Source of the DNA: Azolla caroliniana
Taxonomy: Eukaryota; Plantae; Polypodiophyta
DNA length: 64,000 nt
Reading direction: 5' to 3'
Assembly: GCA_043228905.1 (NCBI GenBank)
Contig: JBHGNT010000022.1
Coordinates: 10,168,001 to 10,232,000 of the forward strand
Shown here one piece after another: positions 13,272 to 24,451 of this stretch. The position numbers and the translations under genes are program-made. Numbering within the stretch: position 1 is the stretch's first letter; each line of letters begins with the position of its first letter. The notes under the pieces were generated by a model. It did not search any database and was not told the origin of the DNA. It saw nothing but the letters and a program-made list of their open reading frames with translations.

Positions 13272-13629
13272 ACGTTTTTATCTGGTGCTTCTTAATCGTT
13301 TTATGTTACAACTTCCTAACAAAGAGTAAATGAGAATACTAGGTTTTCCACTTCTTGTACAATTTTGCAAAGTTTTAAGAGTAAGGGTAGGTGCAATTCT
13401 GCCATGGTAAAAGACACTAATCCTCAAACGGAACTAACTATGACATAGTTTCACGGACATATTTGGGTTCAGATGACCATAAGGACCTTCGAGATGTGTG
13501 TATGTGCATAACCCAACCAACAATATATATCACATGTATCATACATATAGAGTTAGTAAACTACTTCTTTCACCTCTACAACTTGTGCTTTGTGCTTTAG
13601 TTTTTGTCTGCAATGCCAAGTTTATTTAC

Positions 13630-14341
13630 CTGATAATGGGCGGGTTGTTATCCGAGGCACCAAAGTTGTATCGGACCATGGCCCGTAAGGCACTGTTCGA
13701 GTTGTTCAATACCTTGATGGCGTTCAATTTGTCGACTAGATGCCGCAATTCGATACTGTTCACAAATGGGGCATCGCTCACAGCGGACTCCGCCGAGAAG
13801 CACAGGTTCACCGATGTGCTCCCATTGAGAGCTTGCACGTAGAATTCCTCCACGGACAAATTTTTTTGTGGGAGCGAGACATCGATCCATAGCCCGACGT
13901 AGCTGTCAATGATGATATAGAAACTGAGGACCCCGGGGACACGCGTCAAGGCCGATGTGAGGTTCGTGCCGCACCAGAAGGAAACACGGATCAAGTAGTA
14001 CTTGTTGGCTTGGGCAGGGAGGGAGTAGTAGAACTTGGTAGGGCTAGGGAGCCCTACTGATTTTGGAGGTGGTTTGAAGTATTGGAACGATAGGTATTGC
14101 TTCTAATTGGCGAAATCGGCCGACGGGGGACCGAGGGTGGAGGTGGTCGACCAATCCATGACCTGGGGCCATAGAATGGTGTCCGAGGTCCATACGATGC
14201 CGGTTGTTGGGTCGGTGTAATTCGCGGTTTCCGTGGATCCGACATCAATGCTAAGGAATCCGGGAGGGATTAGGCGCACACCCCCGGAGTTGTGACACTA
14301 GCAACAATGAGGAGGAGGATTAGAGGTGAGTATGGAGCCAT
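13630..14341 (-). pseudogene. Exon 1: signal peptide and N-terminal malectin-like domain
   Basis: MAPYSPLILLLIVASVTTPGVCA* then a frameshift to PPGFLSIDVGS; second stop TAG at 14103-14105; donor AG|GTAAAT at 13630. Confidence 0.85.
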
Positions 14342-15711
14342 GAGACAAAAATCAAAGTCTTAAGAGTATTATTGGATGAAGCAAGGGATGGTGTATCACA
14401 CACACACACCCAAGAGACAAAGATGAAGCTTTCTCAATTTGATGTAATTTGAAGGCCTTTCCCACAAATTGTTTGCTTTTCTTTGTTTGGTTCCACGTTG
14501 ACTATATCGAATTACATTTTGCAAACAATGTCGTAAGACATGTTGTGCGCACAACCATTTTGGAAAAGTAGTATGTAGTTGTCATTGTCGAGATGAAAAA
14601 AAGAAGCTCTTGAGTGTAGCCATTCCCCGTGTGTAGCTCAACATCCATCCATGTTTTCTTGCCGAATTTCTCCTTTGAATGTTCATAACCGTAAATGCCA
14701 CTTTTTAGGTGGCATCACATATTGAATATTTATCATACCTCTATCGATAGCATTTAACTCTTTGTAATGCATGTATTCTCTAGAAACATTCCATTTTTAC
14801 CTCCCAGAACATCAAGTTTTATGTGTACAAAAAATTGGTTTACCATTGACTTCTAATGTAAGTAGCATGTGATAATAATGAGATTCTGCTAGTAATTACT
14901 AACTCAAAGAACATCTTGTTTATTGTTAGTTCTCCCAGCATATTGTCTTCCTAAGTTTACCCCTCATTTGCATGATGAGCAAATTTATGATTGGTCATAC
15001 ATTGGGTGCATATATTATATGTGTCTAATTTATGTTAAACAACGTCAAATGTTATGTAAAAATATAAAATTGATCACATTGCACCTGACCTCCAAGATCA
15101 AAGGCAAACTATGTTATAGAGAATAGAGCTTTACAATTGTTGAACTTACCAAATGGTATATGAAGATCAAAAGTGTCTTTTTGCCACACATGAAGTACTC
15201 TTTGATTTAGCTCTTGAGAATTAATGCATACATTGTGAGCACTTCTTGCAGTACACATCCCAGGTTGACTCCTTTGTTTATAACAACCAATATTGTTGGA
15301 TGTCAAAGTTTTGAATACATTTGCACCCAATTAAATTAAAATTGAATAGACTTGGTTATGTAATTTATCAAAATGATGTAGTAGTGTATGCACCTATTCT
15401 GAAGCCCTAATGTATAAGCACATGTGTAGCTTTTAGATGATAAATAGACACTACTAGGTTGCTTCTAATATTACTAGAACTCGATTCATTTGATGGCATC
15501 ACTTTTTATTATTATCTTAGTATCTCAAGTTGCTGTATATATCTTGTTCACTATACCTTAGTATCTCATTTGACAGTGCTTGTTTTATCTATCACTGTCT
15601 TCAATTATATAAGTCTAAAAAACACAAAAACTATTGCAATAGTAATTGTAAAATTTTATATATCTTAAAGCTACATATTCCTGGTTACTAAACTTTCATA
15701 CATGTAAAATA

Positions 15712-15734
15712 CTCTCTCTCTCTCTCTCTCTCTC
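15712..15734. repeat. (CT)n microsatellite
   Basis: About 11 CT units. Confidence 0.9.
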
Positions 15735-16084
15735 CTATATTTCTACTTCAAATTCTCTCTTGTAGAAATAAATTAGGCAGTTCTAATCAAACTCAAATTT
15801 GCATTTATAGTTTACGAAAGAAGGAATGATTTTCATTTTTTCCAATAACATTGTGTTATGTTATTATTGCTATGAGCAAAGAATAATGCTTCACATTTTT
15901 GGTAATTCTATAGGACTACTCAAAATTTTAGCATTGTCACAAAATTGCAAAGCCATGAATTTCAAGATTCATACATGGGTGCCAAAAACATCTCCAAACT
16001 TTCTCGCCGTTAAAGACAATCTAGGATATTCCAACATTGAAAAATAAGGAAAAATAATGCAATATCCAAATATCCATGATCAAT

Positions 16085-16636
16085 TCCTCTTGAGGGGCGT
16101 ACCAAATCATGGAAGACCTTTAGGAAACATTCTTTTCACACATACCACAGGGCGAAGCCTGCTATCAACATCCAAATCTCTCGGAAACGAGGGGATGCGG
16201 TCTTGAAGCCTCTCTCAAAACGGGTCTTGACGCGATTATCAACTATCTATGGGTGCAGTTGGACAATGTTTGTGGCCATTGCCCACTTACGCTTTTGACA
16301 AAAATGGAGGAACAAGTCAGTGATGACACAAGGAGGAAACGGCCTAAGGTGGAACTACTAGCCCCCACGCTGGTTGTTTCCTACTTACTTGCCATCCTCC
16401 CTCCGTTAAAGGCCGGAGGATCGGGCTCGTGCTGGCCGGTGATGATTGCCACTAGTTTATAGCCCGAGGTACCTACTAGCATTAAGTAGAAAGTAGGAGA
16501 GGATATGTATGTACTCTCATATTCTTGAACTCGGCTGGGGGGTGATTCCCCGATTTATATATAAGCCATCTTGTATAGCATTTCTGTAAAAATATCTCCT
16601 AACTAATGGGCAAGTAGCTCCTTTTCTGGAAAAAAG
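16085..16636 (+). mobile_element. LINE 3' end / SINE-like retroposed fragment
   Basis: 16330-16636 is homologous to 9741-10045 (AGGAGGAA..GGTGGAACTAC..CCCCCACG; CCTAACTAATGGG.AAGTAGCT; A-rich tail); 5' boundary approximate. Confidence 0.65.
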
Positions 16637-17148
16637 ATGCAAGTGATGGAAAAAAGGTTCAAAAGATACAACGTTTTATCACTATAAATTCAACATGCCT
16701 TTGTAACTTCCTTGGAGAATGGGGATATTTGAGAATTCCAATATGAAACAACTTAGAGAAAAGATAAGGAAGTTAATGATCCAGACAATATATTATATAT
16801 ATTGCATCAAATTTCAAAACCATGCTCTTATCTTATCAACAAAGCACATACTTTCTCTTTTGCAACACAAGTATTATTGTGGTAAGGAGTGTCAAATTGA
16901 TGTAAAATCTAATAGAAAATAATGAACATACAAAAACATTTGTATTAGACATAAAGTAAAATATATCATATTTTTGCTTATTGGATAAAACCATAAAGAG
17001 ATTATCTCAAAAAAACATTGAAGAAATGAAAGTCAATAATAGGTTGTTAACTAAATATCCTAATGGGTCATAATGCTCGAAACTGATCTAATTGAAAAAG
17101 ATGATGGATTGGCACAAAGTGATTAATTTTACAATTTTTATGTAGCCC

Positions 17149-17332
17149 ATGAAATATGATGTAGATGATACGCAAATGAGGCTTGTAGTGCATGGTCAAC
17201 TATTGGCATTCTTCCAATCCAAAGGACCGAAGCATGCTAGAATAGTGATGTGCAACCTCAACCGAGAGGATGGAATGACCATTAAGGATGGTGAAGAAAT
17301 GAGGCATATAGCGACAACGTACTATAAGCGAC
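17149..17332 (+). pseudogene. LINE ORF2 fragment (region between endonuclease and RT)
   Basis: FFQSKGPKHAR...LNREDG...EEMRHIATTYYKRL pattern typical of L1 ORF2. Confidence 0.55.
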
Positions 17333-17670
17333 TGTTGGCACTTGTAGCGTGTGGTCAACTATTGTGTGTCGTCGGTTGGTCGACTCTTGCAGAAGTGAGT
17401 GTGGATCTCGTTGTTGTGGAGAAGGCAAGTGTAGAGTAAGTGTGGGGTGTTGTCTTTCTCTTATTTTGAGAGTGCTATAAAGAGTGTACACAAATGCAGA
17501 AAATAGAGACAATTATATTACAAAGAGAAGATCTGTATTATTGATCAATTGTACATGGAGGAAGTACCTACTATTTATACATGAGGGAACTTAGCCCTTA
17601 CTCCAAGGAAAGTTCACACTAGAAGTACAATGGTCAGAGTAGGATTTTTAGTCCAACAAACTCCCCCGTA
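17333..17670 (-). mobile_element. 3' LTR (17333-17658) with PPT of a minus-strand LTR element
   Basis: Minus strand GGGGGAGTT|TGTTGGAC...GCCAACA. Confidence 0.7.
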
Positions 17671-17821
17671 AAAGAACTATTGTAATTAATACAAGAGTTT
17701 GAGAGAAATCTCCCTCGTAAGCCCTAGTACAAACTAATTCGAGATACAAACTACGAATTGGTTTTCGAATCGGGAGTAGTTGGAGAAGGTACGTCGAGAC
17801 GGTACCGGTCGGCTCTGTCAA

Positions 17822-17890
17822 CTTGATGCTCAGTCGACTCGGTTGCTTGATGCTCACTCGACTCGGTTGCTTGATGCTCACTCGGCTCGG
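17822..17890. repeat. 24-bp tandem repeat, about 3 copies
   Basis: CTTGATGCTCA(G/C)TCGACTCGGTTG units. Confidence 0.85.
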
Positions 17891-17999
17891 CCGGCTTTCG
17901 GCCCTTCTAGTCCTTCAGTCCTTCAGCCCATACACTTCTCCTACTTCATTAGATTTGTCTATCTGGTTTTTTGTGCTTGTTCTAGTTCCATTCGTCGTC

Positions 18000-20303
18000 T
18001 TAGTGCTCTAAAGTGATAATCCAGGAGCGATGGCACCCTGCATCCGGTCGCCTTCTACTCTTGGAAGTTTACAGCCCCGGAAATCAATTATCCGGTCTAT
18101 GACAAGGAGCTTGAAGCTATCATCTCGGCCTTCACTGAATGGCGACCCTATCTGGCTAGGGCCCAACATCGTATTTAGGTGTTGACCAACCAAACAAATC
18201 TTATCTACTTCACCACCACTCATACGTTGAATAGGAGGCATGCTCGCCGACTACAACTTCCAAATCTTGTTTCAACCCGGTTTTCAACATGGGAAAGTGG
18301 ATGCTCTCTCTCGGCGACCCGCCTTTGCACTACGCCCAAGTGATGATGCAAATTCTCAGCAATCGCATTGTTTATTATGGCCCGATCAATTCTACATGTT
18401 CGCAACCTATATGTTGCATGATGATTCCTTGTTGAACGAGATCGCCCAAGCAACCATATCGAACCCTTTCGCTACTGACATCATGGTGTGCCTCAACAAC
18501 CCATCCCAGGAAATGCAAAGCTCGGATCTCAATCACTTTACAACTCAGGATGGGCTACTCTATCGCAATCATCTCTTTTACGTACTAGATGGCACATGTC
18601 GCATCCGAGTACTATAAACTTGCCACGATGGTCCTCTTGTCGGACACTTTGGGGTCATGAAAAGGTTGGTGTTGCTATCTCCAGTGTTTTGGTGGCCCCA
18701 ACCTTGGAAATTGGTCAAAGAATTTATCAAAACTTGTGACATCTGTGCTCGCTCCAAAGTGGCTCACCATCGTCCATACGACCTTCTACACCCACTTCCA
18801 ATTCCCAGTTGACTTTGGGCATCTCTCACCATGGAATTTATCACCGACCTTCCTCAGTTCGATGACCACGACACGGTGCTAGTGGTCGTCGATTGGTTTT
18901 CGACGATAGCTCACTTTGTGACATGTTCGAAAACCATTTCGAGGGAGGAGACGGGTGACATTTTTCTGAAAAAGGTCGTTCGATTACACGGCTTCCCTGA
19001 GGATGTCACTTCTGATCGAGGACCTTAATTTATCTCCCACTTCTGGCGCCGACTTCTACAAACATTCGAGACTTCTGTGAACTTGTCAACCCCACACCAC
19101 CCTCAAACTGATATCCAAACTAAAAGAGTCAACCAAATCTCAAATAATACCTCTGGTGTACAGTCAGCTACCAACAAGACAATTGGGTGGACTTCCTTGC
19201 CATGGCGGAATTTGCCTACAATAATAGTATCCATGCCTCAACTAAGGTTTCCCCATTCTTTGTAAACTATGGTTTCAACCCTCATTTTAGCATTTCCATT
19301 CTGGACATTTCTTTCAATCCGTCGGCCGAGAGGCGTGCCCACACCTTACAAGATGTCCATCGTGACCTCTCCTGCGAGCTCTGTGCCGTTGGCAAATAGT
19401 ATAAAGCTCACGCTGACCGACATCGCTTGGTCGCGCCGACCTTTGCAATCGGTGACATGGTTTGGCTTCTACGTCGCCACATCACAACCACCCATCACTC
19501 CGCGAAACTCTACTATAAAAAGCTAGGCCCCTCTCCTATCCTCGAGCGCGTAAACCCAATCGCCTTCCGGTTAGCGCTTGCCCCCACATTTCGCTTACCA
19601 ATGTTTTCCACGTCTCTCTCCTTGAACTCTACCATTCCTCTCGCATTCCAGGACGACAACCTCTTCCGCCGCCGCCGGTGGAATTATCGATAGGTGAGCA
19701 ATACGAGGTTGACCGGATCCTCAACTCCCACTTGTGTCGACGAAGACTTCAATACTTGGTCTTATGGAAAGGTTACCCTCTTTCGGAAGCCACATGGGAA
19801 CCAATTACACATTTACAAAATGCGACGGAGGCAATTCACACTTTTCATCAATGATACCCTCATTAACCGGTCGCGAGTGTTAGGAGACGGCCTTAGAGGG
19901 AGGATAATGTCATAAACATATGCCACGGAGGAAGGTAGGGATTGAACCCAATACCTCATGGTCTCTATTAGGCAACCCTACCAATTGAGCTACACATGCA
20001 TCCTTGTATCAAATCCAACTTCATTTGGTGTAGATTGAACATTGGAAGTTCCTAGCTTGGATGCATCGTCAGTTCTAGCTTGTACACATTCTCATGCATT
20101 CTATATTGCATGCATCCTCAGGCATACTCTATTTCTAGGTGGCTTACATAGCCCTACCTTCTTGTGTAAATACTTAGGTGCACTTTGATTCTAATCAAGG
20201 TGAACAACACTAGTTACAGATTTTGTTTTGAGTTCTTGTTCTTTTCCTCTCTCTTGTTTTCTAGTCTTGTCTTCGCTTTGCTCTATTATACTTGTTCGTG
20301 ACA
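18000..20303 (+). mobile_element. Truncated Ty3/gypsy chromovirus (RNase H, integrase, chromodomain, PPT, 3' LTR 19908-20303)
   Basis: YDKELEA, KVDALSRR, MEFITDLP, TSDRGP, HPQTD, AEFAYNN; YEVDRIL/YLVLWKGYP/TWEP chromodomain; AGAGGGAGGATAA then TGTCAT...GTGACA. Confidence 0.9.
19931..19996 (-). promoter_or_regulatory. tRNA-like Pol III A/B-box cassette in chromovirus LTR
   Basis: Minus strand TAGCTCAATTGGTAGGG ... GGTTCAATCCC. Confidence 0.7.
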
Positions 20304-21024
20304 AATGATATTCTAGTTTATAGTCATACGTTAGAAGAACGTGCTTAACATGTCCACGTTGTTTTACAAACATTGCGTGACAAGCAATTCTACGCGATGA
20401 TCTCAAAATGTGAGTTCTTGAAGAAATCAATTACTTATCTTGGACATCTCATAACCGAACAAGGACTTGAAATTGATCCTTCTCGTATTGAGAAAGTCAA
20501 ACTTTGGCCCACTCTTTTGGAATATTCGAGAAGTTCGATCATTCATTGTTTTTAGTGGGGTTTTGCAAAAATCTCTTCGTAATTACTCCCAATTGACGAC
20601 ACCATTTATTGATCTTCTCAAAGGTCAAACGCGTAAGTCTACAAAACCTATTGTGTGGAATGCTACACTAGACCTCGCCTATAAGGAACTCAAGGACCTG
20701 CTGTACAAGGCTCCTTTGCTTCTTTTACCAGATCCTTCAAAACCTTTTTAGGTTGAAACCGATGCAAGTGATTATGTTATAGGTGTCGTCCTATATCAAT
20801 ATGGTAAACCAATAGCATTTGAGAGTAAGAAACTTGATTCTAGTCAACGTTGGTATACCATGCAAGAAAAGGAATTATTTGCAGTTATTCATGCGATGTC
20901 GTGACGATTTTTGGCTACGGTGTGAAACTGAGTGAGATGAATAAACCAAGGATGTGCAACATTGCACATGCACTCAGCAAATAAACTTAAGTCCTAGTGG
21001 CACTTGAGTTCATATAGAGGGGCA

Positions 21025-21090
21025 CAAGTAAGGTTTGAACCTTGCACCTCGAAGATACAAGATAATTGCCTTACCACTAGGACAACTATC
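21025..21090 (-). promoter_or_regulatory. tRNA-like Pol III A/B-box cassette (copies at ~23891-23956 and ~26757-26822)
   Basis: Minus strand TGTCCTAGTGGTAAGGC ... GCAAGGTTCAAACCTTAC. Confidence 0.65.
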
Positions 21091-21546
21091 ATATAGTGTA
21101 AATTTTATCTATTTACTTTTCATATATGAATTATAGATGAAGCAACCATTAGAAAACCATGTGCACAAAACCATGGTTCTAAACCCATGGTTTGTGCATG
21201 ACATAAGCAAAACTGTGTGCACAAAACCATGGTTTTGGCCCATGGTTTTGTGCATGTCACAAGCATGGAAAGACCTGTAAAAGCCTCTAGTTGGGCTTGT
21301 GTAAGGGGGGCTCAATATGTGATATCACCAACACCACTATCATCAATATAATTATATTTGTCTTTATCTTCTTCATATATTTCTACTTCTCAAGTGTACA
21401 GTCTTTCTTCTGCTCAAGTGAACAAATTTCATCTAATCTCACATTGATCATCATCTCTTCGATAATTCTGCGAACATCCTCCCCAGTCCAAGACCCCGGT
21501 GGTCGCTCGAGTAGCACACGCATGCGCGAATCTTCGCGACATCATT

Positions 21547-21564
21547 TGGTGAACCCGACGTGAA
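21547..21564 (+). promoter_or_regulatory. Primer-binding site complementary to tRNA-Trp (second copy 24413-24430)
   Basis: TGGTGAACCCGACGTGAA is the reverse complement of the plant cytosolic tRNA-Trp 3' end TTCACGTCGGGTTCACCA (sequence recalled, not looked up). Confidence 0.85.
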
Positions 21565-21585
21565 GAGCAGCAGGGGAGGACGAAG

Positions 21586-23687
21586 ATGGATGGCGAATAT
21601 CTCATGGAGGCAATGTCAAAAAGGATGATGGAGTTTCTGAGTGAAGGGAAAAGAAGAAATGAAGCCCAACAAGCCATTGGCAGGGTAGTCGAGCGACTGA
21701 GTTATTTCAACGGCGCCGAAGTCCAAATTTTTCTAAAAGTCTACAATGCGGAGATGGATTCAAGAGGTGTGGACGAAGCTATGAGGTTGGAGTACTTTTG
21801 TTGGGTGGTGTCTCAACCGATCTTCAAAGATGTAAAGAGCTTCTAGAAGCTCATGATTCATGGGCGACTTTTGAGAAGGCTCTATTGGAGGAATATGGCT
21901 ATGAGAGACTGAAAGGACGAGATCGACGCAACTTCGACCAATGGGTGACATCAACGAAGACCCACCAAGGCGCGACACAAGCATTCGTAGACTTTGAGCA
22001 TCATTTTTCTCAACAGTCGGAACGGGAAAAAAGATTGGTGGGGGTTGATAAGGTCCTTATGTTCGTGAAGTCAATCGATCGAATGGAAAGGATGGCTATC
22101 GGCCTCAAACTCGAAGAAGATGATGGTGCAAATGGCCTCATTGAGGATTGGAGCAAAGTGGAAAGTGTATGCCGACTACACGATAAGGGGCGAGCGAGAA
22201 TATCGACGACAACAAGACGGCCCATGAGGGATGATCAAAGAGGGGCGAGATGCAGCAACGCGCCACCAACAAAAGAAATAAAGCTTAAAAGGGAGACAAA
22301 ACCGAGGCGAATGGTGATCGAGGAAGAAGAGACCTCCCACGAAATGCGGGTTAATGAAGTGGCCGTTACTAAGGCTTAGGTTCGGTATGACGGTACCGAG
22401 AGAGAAGGTGTGAAACAAGTCACCTTCTTGTCTTATGAAGAAACGATGGCCAAGGAGGAGGCCGATGACTCAAGGACGGCGAACGCCACTTCGAGGGAGG
22501 ATAAATGTTTTGGAACACGCATTGTGTACGAAACAAATGGTGATGAAGGTGCAAGCATGAGAAAAGCTTGCATGATCGAGGGAGATAAAGTGTTTGGGTC
22601 CAACGTGATTGAGGAGGTAGCCATGGCAAACGACATCGAGTCGGAGGTGGCTATGGACGAGTCGACAACGGATAGCCATGTCGACACTTTCTTCACGCTT
22701 GTTCCAGAGACTTCGGCGGTTGCGCCTGTGTGCCAACGTGAGACCGGAGAGACAGAAGGTGGTGACGGGAAGACGAAGGCCCAACACAAGGAGGAAGAAG
22801 ATCGAGGACGAAAGGATATCCCCACACCTATTCTAGAGACTTCGGCGGTTGTGCACATGCGCCAACGTGAGACCGGAGAGACGGAATGTGTCGGCCAAAA
22901 AGCGGAGCACCGGAAGGGCGATGAGGAAGACAAGGTAAATGTGCATGAGCGAAGGGATTCCTTCACACTGGTTCCGGAGACTTCGGCAGTCGAGACCGTG
23001 TGTCGACATAAGGCTGAAGATAAAGGAGGTGGCAAAGAGGAGACAATATGGCTCGAGGCGAGCATACACGGAGGGAAGGATATGGCTGACGAGGAGGCCA
23101 AGGATGAAGCCGCGGTTGAGTTCGATGGAGAGGCTGCATGCATGCAGGAAGGAAGAGTCGAGAACCAGTCGAACCAGAAGACGATCTGGCCGGGATTCCG
23201 GCCCGAACAAAGGAAGATCCACATGGGAGCCGATCGACTGGGGCCGACCCGGCCAAAACCTGATTCGGCGAAAATCGATCGGACGATTCCGATCCAAAAG
23301 GGGGCCGACCTAGCCAGAATCAATCGGTCGAGCCCGACTCGGGGAAATGCGAATACAGACGAAGGCCAACCGAGCCAAGAAGCGATCGGCGAAGACCGAT
23401 CCAGACAAGGGAAAACCCGGCATAATCGGAGATGGACACGAACGATCCACAACACCCAGTTGAAGACGGTGAGCGCGAAGAGTGGCCAGGAATCCAATCG
23501 AAGGACGCGCGTGGTGGACGAAGGAAGAGCGGTTGGATCGACGACATCGTTCAGTAGATCTACTACAACCGATCAGGGAAGAAGGTGTGAGCGCCGGATA
23601 TGGTGGATTGGTTGGAAAGATTACGCATACTCGAAGTGGAAGACGAAATCAGATGAGTTCGACGAGCGTGCAGAGGAACTTGGTTGA
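21586..23687 (+). pseudogene. Gag-like ORF with acidic repetitive C-terminal extension (copy 1); one frameshift and one internal stop
   Basis: FNGAEVQIFLKVY, SWATFEKALLEEY capsid-like motifs; ORFs 21586, 21798 and 22410 join through a frameshift and an in-frame TAG; (FTL)VPETSAV-type repeats; no pol. Confidence 0.65.
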
Positions 23688-24451
23688 TCACTGTTGCCAA
23701 AGATCTCACCTCTTCACCTTTCTCGGCACATACCGGAGGATGTGCGGGTTTGGTGGGGGTGGATGTCGTGACGATTTTTGGCTACGGTGTGAAACCGAGT
23801 GAGACGAATAAACCAAGGATGTGTAACATTGTACATGCACTTAGCAAATAAACCTAAGGCCTGTGGCACTTGAGTTCATACATAGGGGCGCAAGTAAGGT
23901 TTGAACCTTGCACCTCGAAGATACAAGATAATTGCCTTACCACTAGGACAACTATCATATAGTGTAAATTTTATCTATTTACTTTTCATATATGAATTAT
24001 AGATGAAGCAACCATTAGAAAACCATGTGCACAAAACCATGGTTCTAAACCCATGGTTTGTGCATGACATAAGCAAAACTGTGTGCACAAAACCATGGTT
24101 TTGGCCCATGGTTTTGTGCATGTCACAAGCATGGAAAGACCTATAAAAGCCTCTAGTTGGGCTTGTGTAAGGGGGGCTCAATATGTGATATCACCAACAC
24201 CACTATCATCAATATAATTATATTTGTCTTTATCTTCTTCATATATTTCTACTTCTCAAGTGTACAGTCTTTCTTCTGCTCAAGTGAACAAATTTCATCT
24301 AATCTCACATTGATCATCATCTCTTCGATAATTCTGCGAACATCCTCCCCAGTCCAAGACCCCGGTGGTCGCTCGAGTAGCACACGCATGCGCGAATCTT
24401 CGCGACATCATTTGGTGAACCCGACGTGAAGAGCAGCAGGGGAGGACGAAG

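Larger units (their letters stand above)
6494..14341 (-). pseudogene. Malectin-like domain / LRR / transmembrane receptor-like kinase (LRR-I type) pseudogene; kinase exons not seen
   Basis: Exons 14341-13630 (signal peptide, GFLSIDVG, NYTDPTTGIVWTSD, KYYLIRVSF, PFVNSIELR, RYNFG), 7369-7301, 7109-7038, 6951-6880 (LRRs) and 6741-6494 (TM), with GT-AG boundaries; in-frame stops and a frameshift in exon 1. Confidence 0.85.

Noticed and set aside
6494-14341. Calling the receptor SYMRK/DMI2 or IOS1
   Set aside because: Diagnostic segments and the kinase domain are missing, so orthology cannot be judged by eye
14700-15330. Possible minus-strand exons (GT donors near 14800 and 15138)
   Set aside because: No recognisable protein motif and stops in the candidate frames
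19931-19996. LTR cassettes as functional tRNA genes
   Set aside because: A and B boxes are present but I could not fold a proper acceptor stem or anticodon arm, so they are reported as tRNA-like promoters only
22433-23497. 354-aa antisense ORF in the tandem element and similar antisense ORFs over copia pol
   Set aside because: Shadow ORFs produced by purine-rich, GC-rich sense coding; no domain signal
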